Assembly (NCBI GenBank): GCA_047495785.1
Contig: JBLDXI010000011.1
Span: forward strand, 1,178,001 to 1,242,000
Reading direction: 5' to 3'
Length of the DNA stretch: 64,000 nucleotides
DNA from: Lepidodermella squamata
Taxonomy: Eukaryota; Animalia; Gastrotricha
In this document: positions 1 through 13,309 of the stretch, one piece after another
Numbering within the stretch: position 1 is the stretch's first letter
How the letters are laid out: every line of letters begins with the position of its first letter
Position numbers and translations under genes: made by a program
The notes under the pieces: generated by a model
Seen by the model: the letters and a program-made list of their open reading frames with translations, nothing else
Told to the model about the DNA's origin: nothing
Database searches by the model: none

Positions 1-1203
1 TGCAGTTTCGAGGTGTTGGGTCTGACGTAGTGAGTGCTAATCGGGACAAAAAAGTCTTGGACAAGTTGGGGTGGTTCTTGCTGCTTTCCCTGTGAAAACC
101 TTCCTCCCAGTGCCTTCTCCTATTTCACTACAAAAAGCTACGGTGCAACCATGGGTTTTTTCGAGATAAGACAGGTTAAAACACACCATTTTCACTTTTT
201 CCTCGTTTTGCAAGCCGGGAAGGAAAAGACTTCAAAGCCGTGGATGACAACCATATTAACTGGCTATTTCTTACTTCGCTGATAGGCTCTCCATGTGCTC
301 TGCTAGGGAATGTGAAAAAACTGTGGTTGAACCCATTTTGTTCCTCGCAGAAACGCCGCTAAAGGCGCCAGTATTTGCATTTTTCCAAGGTTTTTGCACT
401 TTCGGATCGCTATCAGGTCGCCTAACGGCAGAAAACCCACGGTTACACATGCATTTTTATCAATTTCTGGATACGTCCGACTGTTCTCTACCAGGTAATC
501 CGAAAATTTCATGGTATCATCCACAAAAGCGCATTATATTTGTTGGTCATTTGTCCAGTGCATTCATTATTTTTCACACAGAATGCGGGCTATAAGTATA
601 TCTTATAATATTATGCGCGCGTAGTACTGTTTATAGTGCGCAGTACTCTGTATAGAGGTTTTTTCTCGCTGGTCGCCTTTAGCGCAAAATCATCGTTTAA
701 TCGGAGTTTACGGTCATGGTCAATGGAAACGGTGCAGAGGGTGTGGCAAGGTCATTTCTTCATAAATATAAAATAATTAATTTGTGGATATCACGGCAGA
801 AATATACAGCGAAGTTGAGGCTGTTGCTATCTGTAACATGCTGCCATGGCCAGCGCCGCCCACTGACGCCTGTCACGTCCTGTCACGGCCTGCCGTTGAC
901 TGCTTCATTTCGGTATGGTCCCTTAGGGATGTCATACTCTGTTTTATTAGCTATTAGCTCTGTCAATTAGAGAAAAATGCCACAATCTTAAATCAGGAAC
1001 CAGCCATTTCATATTCGTCGGATGTCTATATAACAATACGGTCTATATAGGCGATTCGTGCGCTAAATCAAAAAATCACACGGAAAGAGTGATAATGCAC
1101 AACGTCAAAAATAGCGTTAATAAGCCTTAAAGATTTCACTGGTTAACTGTATAACAACTCGATAGCCGAACTGATTATTTTCGAGTTTTAAGTTGAAGCA
1201 GAA

Positions 1204-2152
1204 TTACGCTGGCGTGGTTGATGAGCACTTTTCGAAGTTGGTGATGCCGTATGCTGATGCAGTACCCCAAGTATTTACGTTCAGATTTTGTGCGTCCTTT
1301 TGACCACCGAATATTCCAGTACAGCAGGCAGCAAAAGTAGAGTAAATGTACACACTGGCGCTGTTAGATTGAACAGTGTTCTGGGAAAAATACACTTATT
1401 GACAGTTAGCGTGCAATCTTTGGCAAACTCACAATGCCCGTAGTAGCGATTCCGTCAGCATTAGCGTTGGCCGTATAAGGAAAGCGGACGCAGTAACCGA
1501 TTCTTGTACCGCCGTTTGCAACTCTGTACGGCGTAGTATCTACCCCGCCAACACAGACCAGTGTAGGATTGCTGGTGCCCTGTTTCGGAAGGTATTCATA
1601 TACGATATTTGCCGTTTGGCCGCTCGCAACAGTATTTGTACAGCAAGTGCCAAAGTCAGTGTAGCTGTTAGGCACACTCGCCGTCGCGGTTGCTTGCTGA
1701 TTAAAATACATATTGATGAGCGACTCCTGAAAACGTAATTAGTTAATGTCTTACAGTAACGCCGCTTGTAAACACCGAAGTACATGTCGCGCCACTTGCG
1801 ATACAAAACTGTATGTTGGACTGCTGGATAGCCGGAGTTGGTGTTGTAGCACCTTGCGTTGTGGCGATTGTGCACAGTTGGTATGTAACCTGAATGCAGA
1901 AAGAATACAATTTCGAGATGGCGTGAAATGCATCAGGTGTTTTACGGTTGTTTGGCAGCTTTTCGTCGTATCACTGCAAAGGTTGCTCGTTGGAACGCAG
2001 CTTTTGCTCGACGTGTCACACTGGTTTGCCGTGGTTGTGCACGCAGATCCTGATGCGCATGTGCCAGTAGGACATGGCGTGCTCGTCGAAGCAGGGCACG
2101 CGTCAACTGCGACAACAGCGGCAAGAGCAATTACTAAATACAAGTAGCTCAT
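1204..2152 (-). CDS. Secreted Cys/Thr-rich protein, copy 1 (exons 2152-1946, 1889-1755, 1696-1433, 1380-1204; 260 aa)
   Basis: Mirror image of copy 2; signal peptide MSYLYLVIALAAVVAVDA; three phase-0 GT-AG introns of 56, 58 and 52 nt give an uninterrupted ORF. Confidence 0.88.
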
Positions 2153-5100
2153 CACTTATTGAAAGGACAAATTTTGCTGAATATCATCATTCGCTTTTCA
2201 TATCGCGTAATTAATAAATGTTCAGGTCTTGTCTGTTCTTCCACATGTTATAACGAGGGTTTCTGTTGCAGAGATGATCGCGATTTCAGTGCCAGTGCGA
2301 TTGGCAGAATTGGTCTCAGAATTGGGATCAGAATTGGCCATTGCACTGCTTGCGATAATCCCAAATTAGTAGCGAGGGCAGACATGAGGAATTCTTAGAG
2401 GAATACTGACGTCGACTAATAAGCGGTCGGCGTTTTTGTTTTCATTTTAATTTCCTTTCTTGTCCTCGACGGTGTCTGTCTTACTGATGATTTATTGAAG
2501 CCCGTGATTAGCTAATTTGTCCACAGCGCATAATTGAATATAACATCAATCGTTGTTTTTTTTCATTGTCAAGCTGCCCTCTCTTGTGGGCATGAGCTTT
2601 CAAATAAATAAATAAATTATAATAACTCCTTTATTGTCTGTCGTCAACTGAATTTTGAGCCTCCAACGCCTGCAGATAGATATCAAACACTCCATTGAGT
2701 GTTGGATAAGTGCTTATAAATATTAGGAACACTTGCGATAAAGTAGGGCTGGACGCTGGAATGGTGGCAAAAAATCGTGCACGGCAAAATGGTTGCTTTT
2801 TCAAGTAACCTTTTGGTTCGTCCAGCTAAAACTTAGTTTTAAAGTTATTGCAATTCCATTCAATAGCTTTTGCTTTACTGAGCATTGACTATGACAGATG
2901 ACAGGTTCACTCGCAAAATTAAATAAACAAGCTTAAGAGTGCATGTGTCACTCTGAAAAACAATACGAAATGAAAGGACGTTTAAATTATGTTTTATGCA
3001 TTTTTGCATCCGCTGTAACAGTTTATATTTCTGCTATTGTGTACACTCTGCTTCATGTCAATTTCAAAATAAGGGAAAACTGAGCAGCAATTCATAATAT
3101 AGCTCCATCCGACAATATTTATTGCACTTTGTAATTAATTAGTTCAAGTTTTAAAGATCGCAAAAAGTGGAGTTTTGGCGCGGTTTCCGAGATGCTATCA
3201 AGAGGAGATGCATCTTTGGAGATGAATTCACATTGATAGCAAATAGATAGCAAATATTGATATATTGTTGACTTATGCCGTTGAATATTGATTAATCCAT
3301 GTATGTAATAAACTTTACGCACTTTGTTTACACAAAGGGGAATTAACGCACGCGCGTGTTACGCAAGTGTGTTTACGGCAGCGTTCCCCAAACTTTTTGT
3401 CTGCTAAGACTGTCTGACACAGTAGTGTCCTATGAGAATGGCTCGTAGGACACCTTGCTAAAATGAATGAAATTTGGTTCGGAATAAGTTCAATTATTTG
3501 AGCTACAAATTGATTGCTTGTTTAAATTCGTTTTTGATGGCAACCGAGCTCGAAATTGATAAAATCCCGAATAAAATCAAACTGAACGCGAGCGAAGCGA
3601 GAAACGTTTTAGAATGCGACACTGAAAAACGGTCTCAGTTTATTCTCTTATTCGGTCTCAGTTTTCGCAATGTGGTATACCCAAAATCGGTGAAATGAGC
3701 CTTACATTGCATTTCCTTGCCGTTGAAATCCACCGCTGGAATCCAGAAGACGGCGGTGCAACGTGGTTTTCTGCTGTCTTGAGGAGTCTAATGATATAAC
3801 AAGCGGCCTTGATAACTTGTTGCTCAAGTTTCAGTCCGCGGATCAGATAAACGCACCCTTTTCTGGGCGAAATGCAATGCAACTAGCTGTTTCACGATGA
3901 AAAGGGCATTGGTATCATTTAAATAAACGGAAAGCTGGGGGAAACATGTCGAATTTACTGGCATAGATGTTGCTGATGCGGAAGACACGTTGCCTTCCTT
4001 CTTTATCCTTGATGTTCTCTCATCCTTGTGTGATACTTCGTCGTCCGCAGTGATGCCGTAGCTAACTCCTATAGACTAATTAAAGCTGATCCCAAAGGCG
4101 TTACCACCGTTATCATCAAAGCTGTCTCGTAGAACATGTTCATAATATCAAAAAGAAAAAATACAAGGTATTTTAGATTACGATGATTTAGCCGCTCAGT
4201 TCATTTCGTTTACCGATAACCGAGATCTAATTCAGACATCGATCACTCGTTTGCAGCGGCGCAGGGCGGTGGCGGGAATATTCCGTGGTGATGCCCGTGT
4301 CCTGTCATCAATTTCCCTGCGGTAACCGCAGTTGCGGGCGGGTGTAACTGTTTGCGAGATTGCGGTAACAAAGCAAGTTTAACACCACGCCGGTCTTTGT
4401 CTTTTATATATGCATCCTTTTGATCTCTGATTCTACGCGTCCTGTAAGAACAGTCCAGCATTCTCGCATAGATTTTACGTTTCTTGTCATATTTTAGTGG
4501 TAAACTATTTGATTGATGTAACTTTAAGCGCAATAAATCACAATAATATAACGCGCCCCACCCGCTGAATTTCCCGGAGAAATAGAAGAATAAGCGAAAA
4601 CAAACGATTTCAAACCTTAGCCCTAACGCGGCCGCTGAAAACTAGTAGCCAGTGATCTCGATTTGAGTTGATTTGATTTGATTTGGATTTGATTTGGCTC
4701 AATTTTCAGGGTTTTTGATTTGATTTGATTTGATTTGAGTTGAAAATGGCCAGGCAGGCTGCGATCTTGGATTCTCGAGCTGCCAGGGATGGAAAAAAGT
4801 TTTTTGCTGCATTTGCCAAAATTACTAGTTATTTTGGTGGAAAACCGAGCGAAGCGAGAACATTTTGCAGATTTTTCACTAAAACACGCTGCGGAACCTC
4901 TAAAAATTGACGAAATAGGGGGATAAATTCTCATTTTGTCGTCTGGCCCGGCCGAGCTGGGTGGTATAGTGTAAATATAGTGTAAATACTTTCAACTAGC
5001 TTCGGCTACGCAGCTCCTTGCTATTGTTGTCCAGAATCTTGCGCGTGTCTTTATTTTTATAACAGAATAAGATTACGAGGAGAACGACTTATGACCAGCG

Positions 5101-5308
5101 ATATGCGCAATGCATTTTGTTGACTTCTACAGTCTTGTTAATTGCCTCAGCTTTGATACATTTATGTCTCATTTCTGTTTTGTTGTTGAAAGCAGACAGA
5201 GGGCTATAAGATTTGATATCATAAAGTCCTTTGCCAAATAAAATAACCCGCGTTGGCAATCTACCCACGATCATAGATCGCACGATCGGACAAGTTTTTC
5301 TACCTTGG

Positions 5309-5647
5309 CAGGGGTAGATGGGGGGGATCATCCCCCCCAGCTCGGCCGGGCCAGACGACAAAATGAGAATTTATCCCCCTATTTCGTCAATTTTTAGAGG
5401 TTCCGCAGCGTGTTTTAGTGAAAAATCTGCAAAATGTTCTCGCTTCGCTCGGTTTTCCACCAAAATAACTAGTAATTTTGGCAAATGCAGCAAAAAACTT
5501 TTTTCCATCCCTGGCAGCTCGAGAATCCAAGATCGCAGCCTGCCTGGCCATTTTCAACTCAAATCAAATCAAATCAAATCAAAAACCCTGAAAATTGAGC
5601 CAAATCAAATCCAAATCAAATCAAATCAACTCAAATCGAGATCACTG
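5309..5647. mobile_element. TE-like insertion with (TCAAA)n tract; truncated mirror copy at 4650-4961
   Basis: Homology to the copy-3 upstream region starts only at the ctact at 5649/11626; CAG...CTG ends; a related CAGTGA-(TTTGA)n segment occurs at 18654-18770. Confidence 0.45.
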
Positions 5648-8144
5648 GCTACTAGTTTTCAGCGGCCGCGTTAGGGCTAAGGTTTGAAATCGTTTGTTTT
5701 CGCTTATTCTTCTATTTCTCCGGGAAATTCAGCGGGTGGGGCGCGTTATATTATTGTGATTTATTGCGCTTAAAGTTACATCAATCAAATAGTTTACCAC
5801 TAAAATATGACAAGAAACGTAAAATCTATGCGAGAATGCTGGACTGTTCTTACAGGACGCGTAGAATCAGAGATCAAAAGGATGCATATATAAAAGACAA
5901 AGACCGGCGTGGTGTTAAACTTGCTTTGTTACCGCAATCTCGCAAACAGTTACACCCGCCCGCAACTGCGGTTACCGCAGGGAAATTGATGACAGGACAC
6001 GGGCATCACCACGGAATATTCCCGCCACCGCCCTGCGCCGCTGCAAACGAGTGATCGATGTCTGAATTAGATCTCGGTTATCGGTAAACGAAATGAACTG
6101 AGCGGCTAAATCATCGTAATCTAAAATACCTTGTATTTTTTCTTTTTGATATTATGAACATGTTCTACGAGACAGCTTTGATGATAACGGTGGTAACGCC
6201 TTTGGGATCAGCTTTAATTAGTCTATAGGAGTTAGCTACGGCATCACTGCGGACGACGAAGTATCACACAAGGATGAGAGAACATCAAGGATAAAGAAGG
6301 AAGGCAACGTGTCTTCCGCATCAGCAACATCTATGCCAGTAAATTCGACATGTTTCCCCCAGCTTTCCGTTTATTTAAATGATACCAATGCCCTTTTCAT
6401 CGTGAAACAGCTAGTTGCATTGCATTTCGCCCAGAAAAGGGTGCGTTTATCTGATCCGCGGACTGAAACTTGAGCAACAAGTTATCAAGGCCGCTTGTTA
6501 TATCATTAGACTCCTCAAGACAGCAGAAAACCACGTTGCACCGCCGTCTTCTGGATTCCAGCGGTGGATTTCAACGGCAAGGAAATGCAATGTAAGGCTC
6601 ATTTCACCGATTTTGGGTATACCACATTGCGAAAACTGAGACCGAATAAGAGAATAAACTGAGACCGTTTTTCAGTGTCGCATTCTAAAACGTTTCTCGC
6701 TTCGCTCGCGTTCAGTTTGATTTTATTCGGGATTTTATCAATTTCGAGCTCGGTTGCCATCAAAAACGAATTTAAACAAGCAATCAATTTGTAGCTCAAA
6801 TAATTGAACTTATTCCGAACCAAATTTCATTCATTTTAGCAAGGTGTCCTACGAGCCATTCTCATAGGACACTACTGTGTCAGACAGTCTTAGCAGACAA
6901 AAAGTTTGGGGAACGCTGCCGTAAACACACTTGCGTAACACGCGCGTGCGTTAATTCCCCTTTGTGTAAACAAAGTGCGTAAAGTTTATTACATACATGG
7001 ATTAATCAATATTCAACGGCATAAGTCAACAATATATCAATATTTGCTATCTATTTGCTATCAATGTGAATTCATCTCCAAAGATGCATCTCCTCTTGAT
7101 AGCATCTCGGAAACCGCGCCAAAACTCCACTTTTTGCGATCTTTAAAACTTGAACTAATTAATTACAAAGTGCAATAAATATTGTCGGATGGAGCTATAT
7201 TATGAATTGCTGCTCAGTTTTCCCTTATTTTGAAATTGACATGAAGCAGAGTGTACACAATAGCAGAAATATAAACTGTTACAGCGGATGCAAAAATGCA
7301 TAAAACATAATTTAAACGTCCTTTCATTTCGTATTGTTTTTCAGAGTGACACATGCACTCTTAAGCTTGTTTATTTAATTTTGCGAGTGAACCTGTCATC
7401 TGTCATAGTCAATGCTCAGTAAAGCAAAAGCTATTGAATGGAATTGCAATAACTTTAAAACTAAGTTTTAGCTGGACGAACCAAAAGGTTACTTGAAAAA
7501 GCAACCATTTTGCCGTGCACGATTTTTTGCCACCATTCCAGCGTCCAGCCCTACTTTATCGCAAGTGTTCCTAATATTTATAAGCACTTATCCAACACTC
7601 AATGGAGTGTTTGATATCTATCTGCAGGCGTTGGAGGCTCAAAATTCAGTTGACGACAGACAATAAAGGAGTTATTATAATTTATTTATTTATTTGAAAG
7701 CTCATGCCCACAAGAGAGGGCAGCTTGACAATGAAAAAAAACAACGATTGATGTTATATTCAATTATGCGCTGTGGACAAATTAGCTAATCACGGGCTTC
7801 AATAAATCATCAGTAAGACAGACACCGTCGAGGACAAGAAAGGAAATTAAAATGAAAACAAAAACGCCGACCGCTTATTAGTCGACGTCAGTATTCCTCT
7901 AAGAATTCCTCATGTCTGCCCTCGCTACTAATTTGGGATTATCGCAAGCAGTGCAATGGCCAATTCTGATCCCAATTCTGAGACCAATTCTGCCAATCGC
8001 ACTGGCACTGAAATCGCGATCATCTCTGCAACAGAAACCCTCGTTATAACATGTGGAAGAACAGACAAGACCTGAACATTTATTAATTACGCGATATGAA
8101 AAGCGAATGATGATATTCAGCAAAATTTGTCCTTTCAATAAGTG

Positions 8145-9093
8145 ATGAGCTACTTGTATTTAGTAATTGCTCTTGCCGCTGTTGTCGCAGTTGACGCGTG
8201 CCCTGCTTCGACGAGCACGCCATGTCCTACTGGCACATGCGCATCAGGATCTGCGTGCACAACCACGGCAAACCAGTGTGACACGTCGAGCAAAAGCTGC
8301 GTTCCAACGAGCAACCTTTGCAGTGATACGACGAAAAGCTGCCAAACAACCGTAAAACACCTGATGCATTTCACGCCATCTCGAAATTGTATTCTTTCTG
8401 CATTCAGGTTACATACCAACTGTGCACAATCGCCACAACGCAAGGTGCTACAACACCAACTCCGGCTATCCAGCAGTCCAACATACAGTTTTGTATCGCA
8501 AGTGGCGCGACATGTACTTCGGTGTTTACAAGCGGCGTTACTGTAAGACATTAACTAATTACGTTTTCAGGAGTCGCTCATCAATATGTATTTTAATCAG
8601 CAAGCAACCGCGACGGCGAGTGTGCCTAACAGCTACACTGACTTTGGCACTTGCTGTACAAATACTGTTGCGAGCGGCCAAACGGCAAATATCGTATATG
8701 AATACCTTCCGAAACAGGGCACCAGCAATCCTACACTGGTCTGTGTTGGCGGGGTAGATACTACGCCGTACAGAGTTGCAAACGGCGGTACAAGAATCGG
8801 TTACTGCGTCCGCTTTCCTTATACGGCCAACGCTAATGCTGACGGAATCGCTACTACGCGCATTGTGAGTTTGCCAAAGATTGCACGCTAACTGTCAATA
8901 AGTGTATTTTTCCCAGAACACTGTTCAATCTAACAGCGCCAGTGTGTACATTTACTCTACTTTTGCTGCCTGCTGTACTGGAATATTCGGTGGTCAAAAG
9001 GACGCACAAAATCTGAACGTAAATACTTGGGGTACTGCATCAGCATACGGCATCACCAACTTCGAAAAGTGCTCATCAACCACGCCAGCGTAA
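8145..9093 (+). CDS. Secreted Cys/Thr-rich protein, copy 2 (exons 8145-8351, 8408-8542, 8601-8864, 8917-9093; 260 aa, 18 Cys)
   Basis: Signal peptide; donors gtaaaa/gtaaga/gtgagt and acceptors ttcag/atcag/cccag; spliced frame open to TAA at 9093; exon 2 differs from copy 3 mostly at synonymous sites, supporting coding status. Confidence 0.9.
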
Positions 9094-10628
9094 TTCTGCT
9101 TCAACTTAAAACTCGAAAATAATCAGTTCGGCTATCGAGTTGTTATACAGTTAACCAGTGAAATCTTTAAGGCTTATTAACGCTATTTTTGACGTTGTGT
9201 ATTATCACTCTTTCCGTGTGATTTTTTGATTTAGCGCACGAATCGCCTATATAGACCGTATTGTTATATAGACATCCGACGAATATGAAATGGCTGGTTC
9301 CTGATTTAAGATTGTGGCATTTTTCTCTAATTGACAGAGCTAATAGCTAATAAAACAGAGTATGACATCCCTAAGGGACCATGCCGAAATGAAGCAGTCA
9401 ACGGCAGGCCGTGACAGGACGTGACAGGCGTCAGTGGGCGGCGCTGGCCATGGCAGCATGTTACAGATAGCAACAGCCTCAACTTCGCTGTATATTTCTG
9501 CCGTGATATCCACAAATTAATTATTTTATATTTATGAAGAAATGACCTTGCCACACCCTCTGCACCGTTTCCATTGACCATGACCGTAAACTCCATATTA
9601 GTCGTGGTAAATTGCTGCGGCAAAAACACTTGTTGCAAATAATCTTATGGATCGCACGAAAGAACGTTTCATCCGGGAGTCACAGCAACAATCGATTGAC
9701 CGATCAGCGTGCGCATTGGATTGGACTTTTTAAGTGGTCACACAATGCAGCTGATAAAACGGCAGCATCTGCTCAAAATTACACAGAAATAGCACAAGAA
9801 ATATTGGGGTGGAAAATAATGACGTGATTCATTTCATTAAATTCAAACCGGTGAACTTTACCCCTCATTAGTCTGACTTCATTTTTTCGTGTCCGAAAAC
9901 ATCTTAGTGCGGTGTCCTATCTACTATCTACGTCACATGGGAATTATCGTTAATCAGCCGAGTCATGCGTCAATCTGGCGTGCTGAACAGTCGCACATAA
10001 CACTTGGGACTAATACTGTCTACTAATACTAATAGAAACTAACTAAAACTGCATGTGCGACTGCGCGAGCCATTCTGCATGTCCGCGCACTCCACGCCGT
10101 CCAGAGCCGCCATGCCGACAACATCGCCCGCTTTTGTGCTGCCGCTTCATGAGGACATCGAGGCTGATCGGCATTCCGCGTCGCCGCCTGTCTTCCTGCT
10201 CAACGATCGGTTCTCCCCCATACCAGTCCTCTGTTCCACAATGTTTGTCTCTCTCCTAGGTCTTCTTCCCTTTCCTGCTTATTTCCCTCTCTACACGTTT
10301 TTAATGGAAAAAAGTGACGTGAGCGTGCTAGTCGTGCACATACAAGCGCGCTGCTTAACCGTCAATCGCGCGCAAATTTGCACAGCAGTCTTACTTGCAT
10401 CGTCTTTCAGAATAACTACCGTATTTAGTCATATAGAGGCCTCTACTGTCTAGCGCAAGGTCCTCAAAATTTGGATTAGTGACTACAGCACTCCACTACG
10501 AAAACAGCACTTCGACAGCTTCTTTTGAATCCTAATTGATTTTCGGCCCTGTAATAAAGGTTTTGATAGCGAATTATTAGAAATTCTCGTCACTGCCCAT
10601 CGGTACGCCGTGTATTCTTTCCTCCATG

Positions 10629-10865
10629 CAAACTGGGAGCAAACGCCAAAAAATTTCCCCATGGTCACAACTTACGAAATCAAGCCATCAATAGGTGTAA
10701 ATGAGGAAAAAATCGGGAGAAAAATGGAGAAATACTTGAGGCGCATTATTTATATGGCCTCAATAAACATTTTTCTCCCGATTTTTTCCTCATTTACACC
10801 TATTGATGGCTTGATTTCGTAAGTTGTGACCATGGGGCAATTTTTTGGCGTTTGCTCCCAGTTTG
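10629..10865. mobile_element. MITE-like inverted repeat (arms ~97 bp)
   Basis: caaactgggagcaaacgcc...gggagaaaaatg (10629-10726) is the near-perfect reverse complement of 10768-10865. Confidence 0.8.
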
Positions 10866-11051
10866 TTTCACAGTAAAAAGAACCACAATGCTGGTTCAGC
10901 AAGCTTGAACAGTCGAGAAGCAATGTATCGTCACCGTTATAGATTGCTCTCACAAATAAACTGATTGCATCATTGAATTCCTCGTGAAAAGTTACTCTAG
11001 AACATGTGTAACAGGTCAGAGGATGAATTTTGGGTATACTTTTATGATAGG

Positions 11052-11430
11052 GCCATTAAAGTAATTATGACCGGAAGTAATCGTAGCTTCGAAACGGTGA
11101 TAGTTATGGAAATCCTAAAAGCAGATTCGTGTTCAGCGACAGCGATTTCATTTTCTTTGTTAACTTTCTTTGTTCATGTGTTCTCAGCTAAGTATCGTCA
11201 ATGGTATCATGTACGAACGCCCTGAAAGTCGACGTGATTTAACCTGCGACTCTAGAGAGGTATTCGGGCTTCATAGCAAATGGCGAGGCTGAGACCGGGC
11301 GTATAAAGAAAGTTAACGAAGAAAATGAAATCGCTGTCGCTGAACACGAATCTGCTTTTAGGATTTCCATTTTCCATAACTATCACCGTTTCGAAGCTAC
11401 GATTACTTCCGGTCATAATTACTTTATGGC
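11052..11430. mobile_element. MITE-like inverted repeat (arms ~120 bp)
   Basis: 11052-11170 is the reverse complement of 11306-11430 with one small indel. Confidence 0.8.
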
Positions 11431-11625
11431 TCGAGCGCTGGGTCGGCTTTCTGATACCATACCATCCTTGTTAGAGGACGTTTCAACGCGTTGTAGCCGC
11501 AATCCTTCGTGATTTATGCGGCCATATGACGTCGATGCATGAATTGTGGCATTGTGTGAATATATAGCTTTAATCATGTTGAAATTCTGCAAAAGACTTT
11601 ACCCGTTGACGCATTTCAGCCGCTG

Positions 11626-12965
11626 CTACTGGTTTTCAGCGGCCGAATTAGGGCTAAGGTTCTTTGAAATCGTTTGTTTTTGCTATGGTTGCTTATTCTT
11701 CCATTTCTCCGGGAAATTCAGCGGGTGGGGCGCGTTATATTATTGTGATTTATTGCGCTTAAAGTTACATCAATCAAATAGTTTACCACTAAAATATGAC
11801 AAGAAACGTAAAATCTATGCGAGAATGCTGGACTGTTCTTACAGGACGCGTAGAATCAGAGATCAAAAGGATGCATATAAAAGACAAAGACCGGCGTGGT
11901 GTTAAACTTGCTCTGTAACCGCAGCCACACAATTAGTTACACCCGCCCGCAACTGGTTGCCGCAGGGAAATCGATGATAGAACTCAGGCACCACGGATTG
12001 CTTTCAAAATATCCGGCCGCAGCCCCGCGCCGCGAATTAGATCTCGGCATCATCATTGAATTTTTCGCTGAAAATGCTTAACTCTCACTCATGCTTTCAA
12101 TTATGCATCAAATATAACGTCTTGTTAGACACTCAACTTGATGTGAATGGTGCGATAAACATAGCCAGTGACGTGGGATAGGTTCATAGCCTCGCCATGT
12201 TGATTTTCCATGCTAAGGATGCAAGTGATGCTTTATTAGTAAGTGAGGCGCTCGCCTTTGCTAAGTGCTGTCCTTACTTGAAAGCCATCCTCTTGATAAT
12301 GATGTCCTTAGTAAGGATGTCCTGCAATGCAAGATGGCTTCCAAGTAATGCTTGGTAGGGATGACTTACTCAACAATCCTTACTCAGAATTCGCCGCTTC
12401 AGACTCAGCGATCTAAGGATCTGATCTCAAATAGACCTGTGCAGCTTAGATGACGCGGCGCATACTGTTGATATCCAAAGTAAGGTTGGTTTTTTCATTG
12501 ATCAAATTGGAAGGCATTCCCTTACTAAGCACCAAGTTATGCTCACATATCCTTAGAAAGGAAGTTTAACATGACGACGTCACGAACAGCAGTAAACGAA
12601 ATAAAATGAGCGGCTAAATCATTATATCTAAAATACCTTGCATTCTTTCTTTTTGATGTTACGAACATGTGTAATAACAATAGTTCTGAGAGACAACTTT
12701 GATGATGAGGGCGTTAACATCTTTGCGATAAGCTTTGATTAGTCGAGAGATGTTAACTACGACATCACGACATCACGACGTAGTATCACAACATCAGGTT
12801 GAGAGACTATCAAAGAACCGAAGTAAGGAAATGTGTCTTACGTATCAGCAACATCTATGCCAATAAATTCGACATGCTTTCGCCCGCTACTCCGTCCATT
12901 TACATGATATCACTGTCATTTTCAACATGAAACAGCCTCTTCCAGTGCATTTCGGCCGAATAAAG
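11626..12965 (+). repeat. Diverged duplicate of the copy-2 upstream region (5649-6445), interrupted by an insertion at ~12050-12590
   Basis: 11705-11910 is nearly identical to 5716-5925; 12590-12965 is clearly similar to 6084-6445. Confidence 0.85.
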
Positions 12966-13309
12966 GTGTATATCTCAAACATCATTGTCTTTCCTCTTTG
13001 CTCAAAACACTTACAATGAAAAACATTTAGCCTTTGGCCATCACAATGTCAAGTCACTGTTGGACGTGCTCCGTCATGTCCGTCCTCAGAAAAAAAAAAA
13101 ATTTTGATGATGTAGAAGAATATACATCAATATATGTAGATAAATAAAGCCTACTGTGCACTTCGCTTCTAATGCTGTCATCGTTTTATTAGTGTCACCT
13201 GAAAACCTACTTTTAACGGGTAAAACAACAGACAAGACTCAATCATTTATTAACTGCGTGTTTCGAAAACAAACACTGACATTCGGTAAAATATTTTTCT
13301 CGATAAGTC

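Larger units (their letters stand above)
703..9594. repeat. Giant inverted repeat: arms 703-4961 and 5336-9594 (~4.26 kb each) with a 374-bp unique spacer
   Basis: ORF coordinates mirror with constant sum 10297 (e.g. 1204/9093, 4243/6054) and translations match. Only three differences were noticed (914/9383, 1097/9200, 1438/8859). Boundaries read directly. Confidence 0.97.

Noticed and set aside
4243-6054. Mirrored ORFs 4243-4533, 4623-4934, 5318-5674 and 5764-6054 as genes
   Set aside because: Duplicated only because of the palindrome; they cross microsatellite or TE sequence, and the frame is broken in the copy near 11880.
8199-8351. Insect-type antifreeze protein assignment
   Set aside because: Cys/Thr-rich, but lacks the regular 12-13 residue TCT repeat periodicity.
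8543-8570. Alternative in-frame acceptor (ttttcag at 8570) in copies 1 and 2
   Set aside because: Would make a 28-nt intron, well below the local minimum, and is absent from copy 3.
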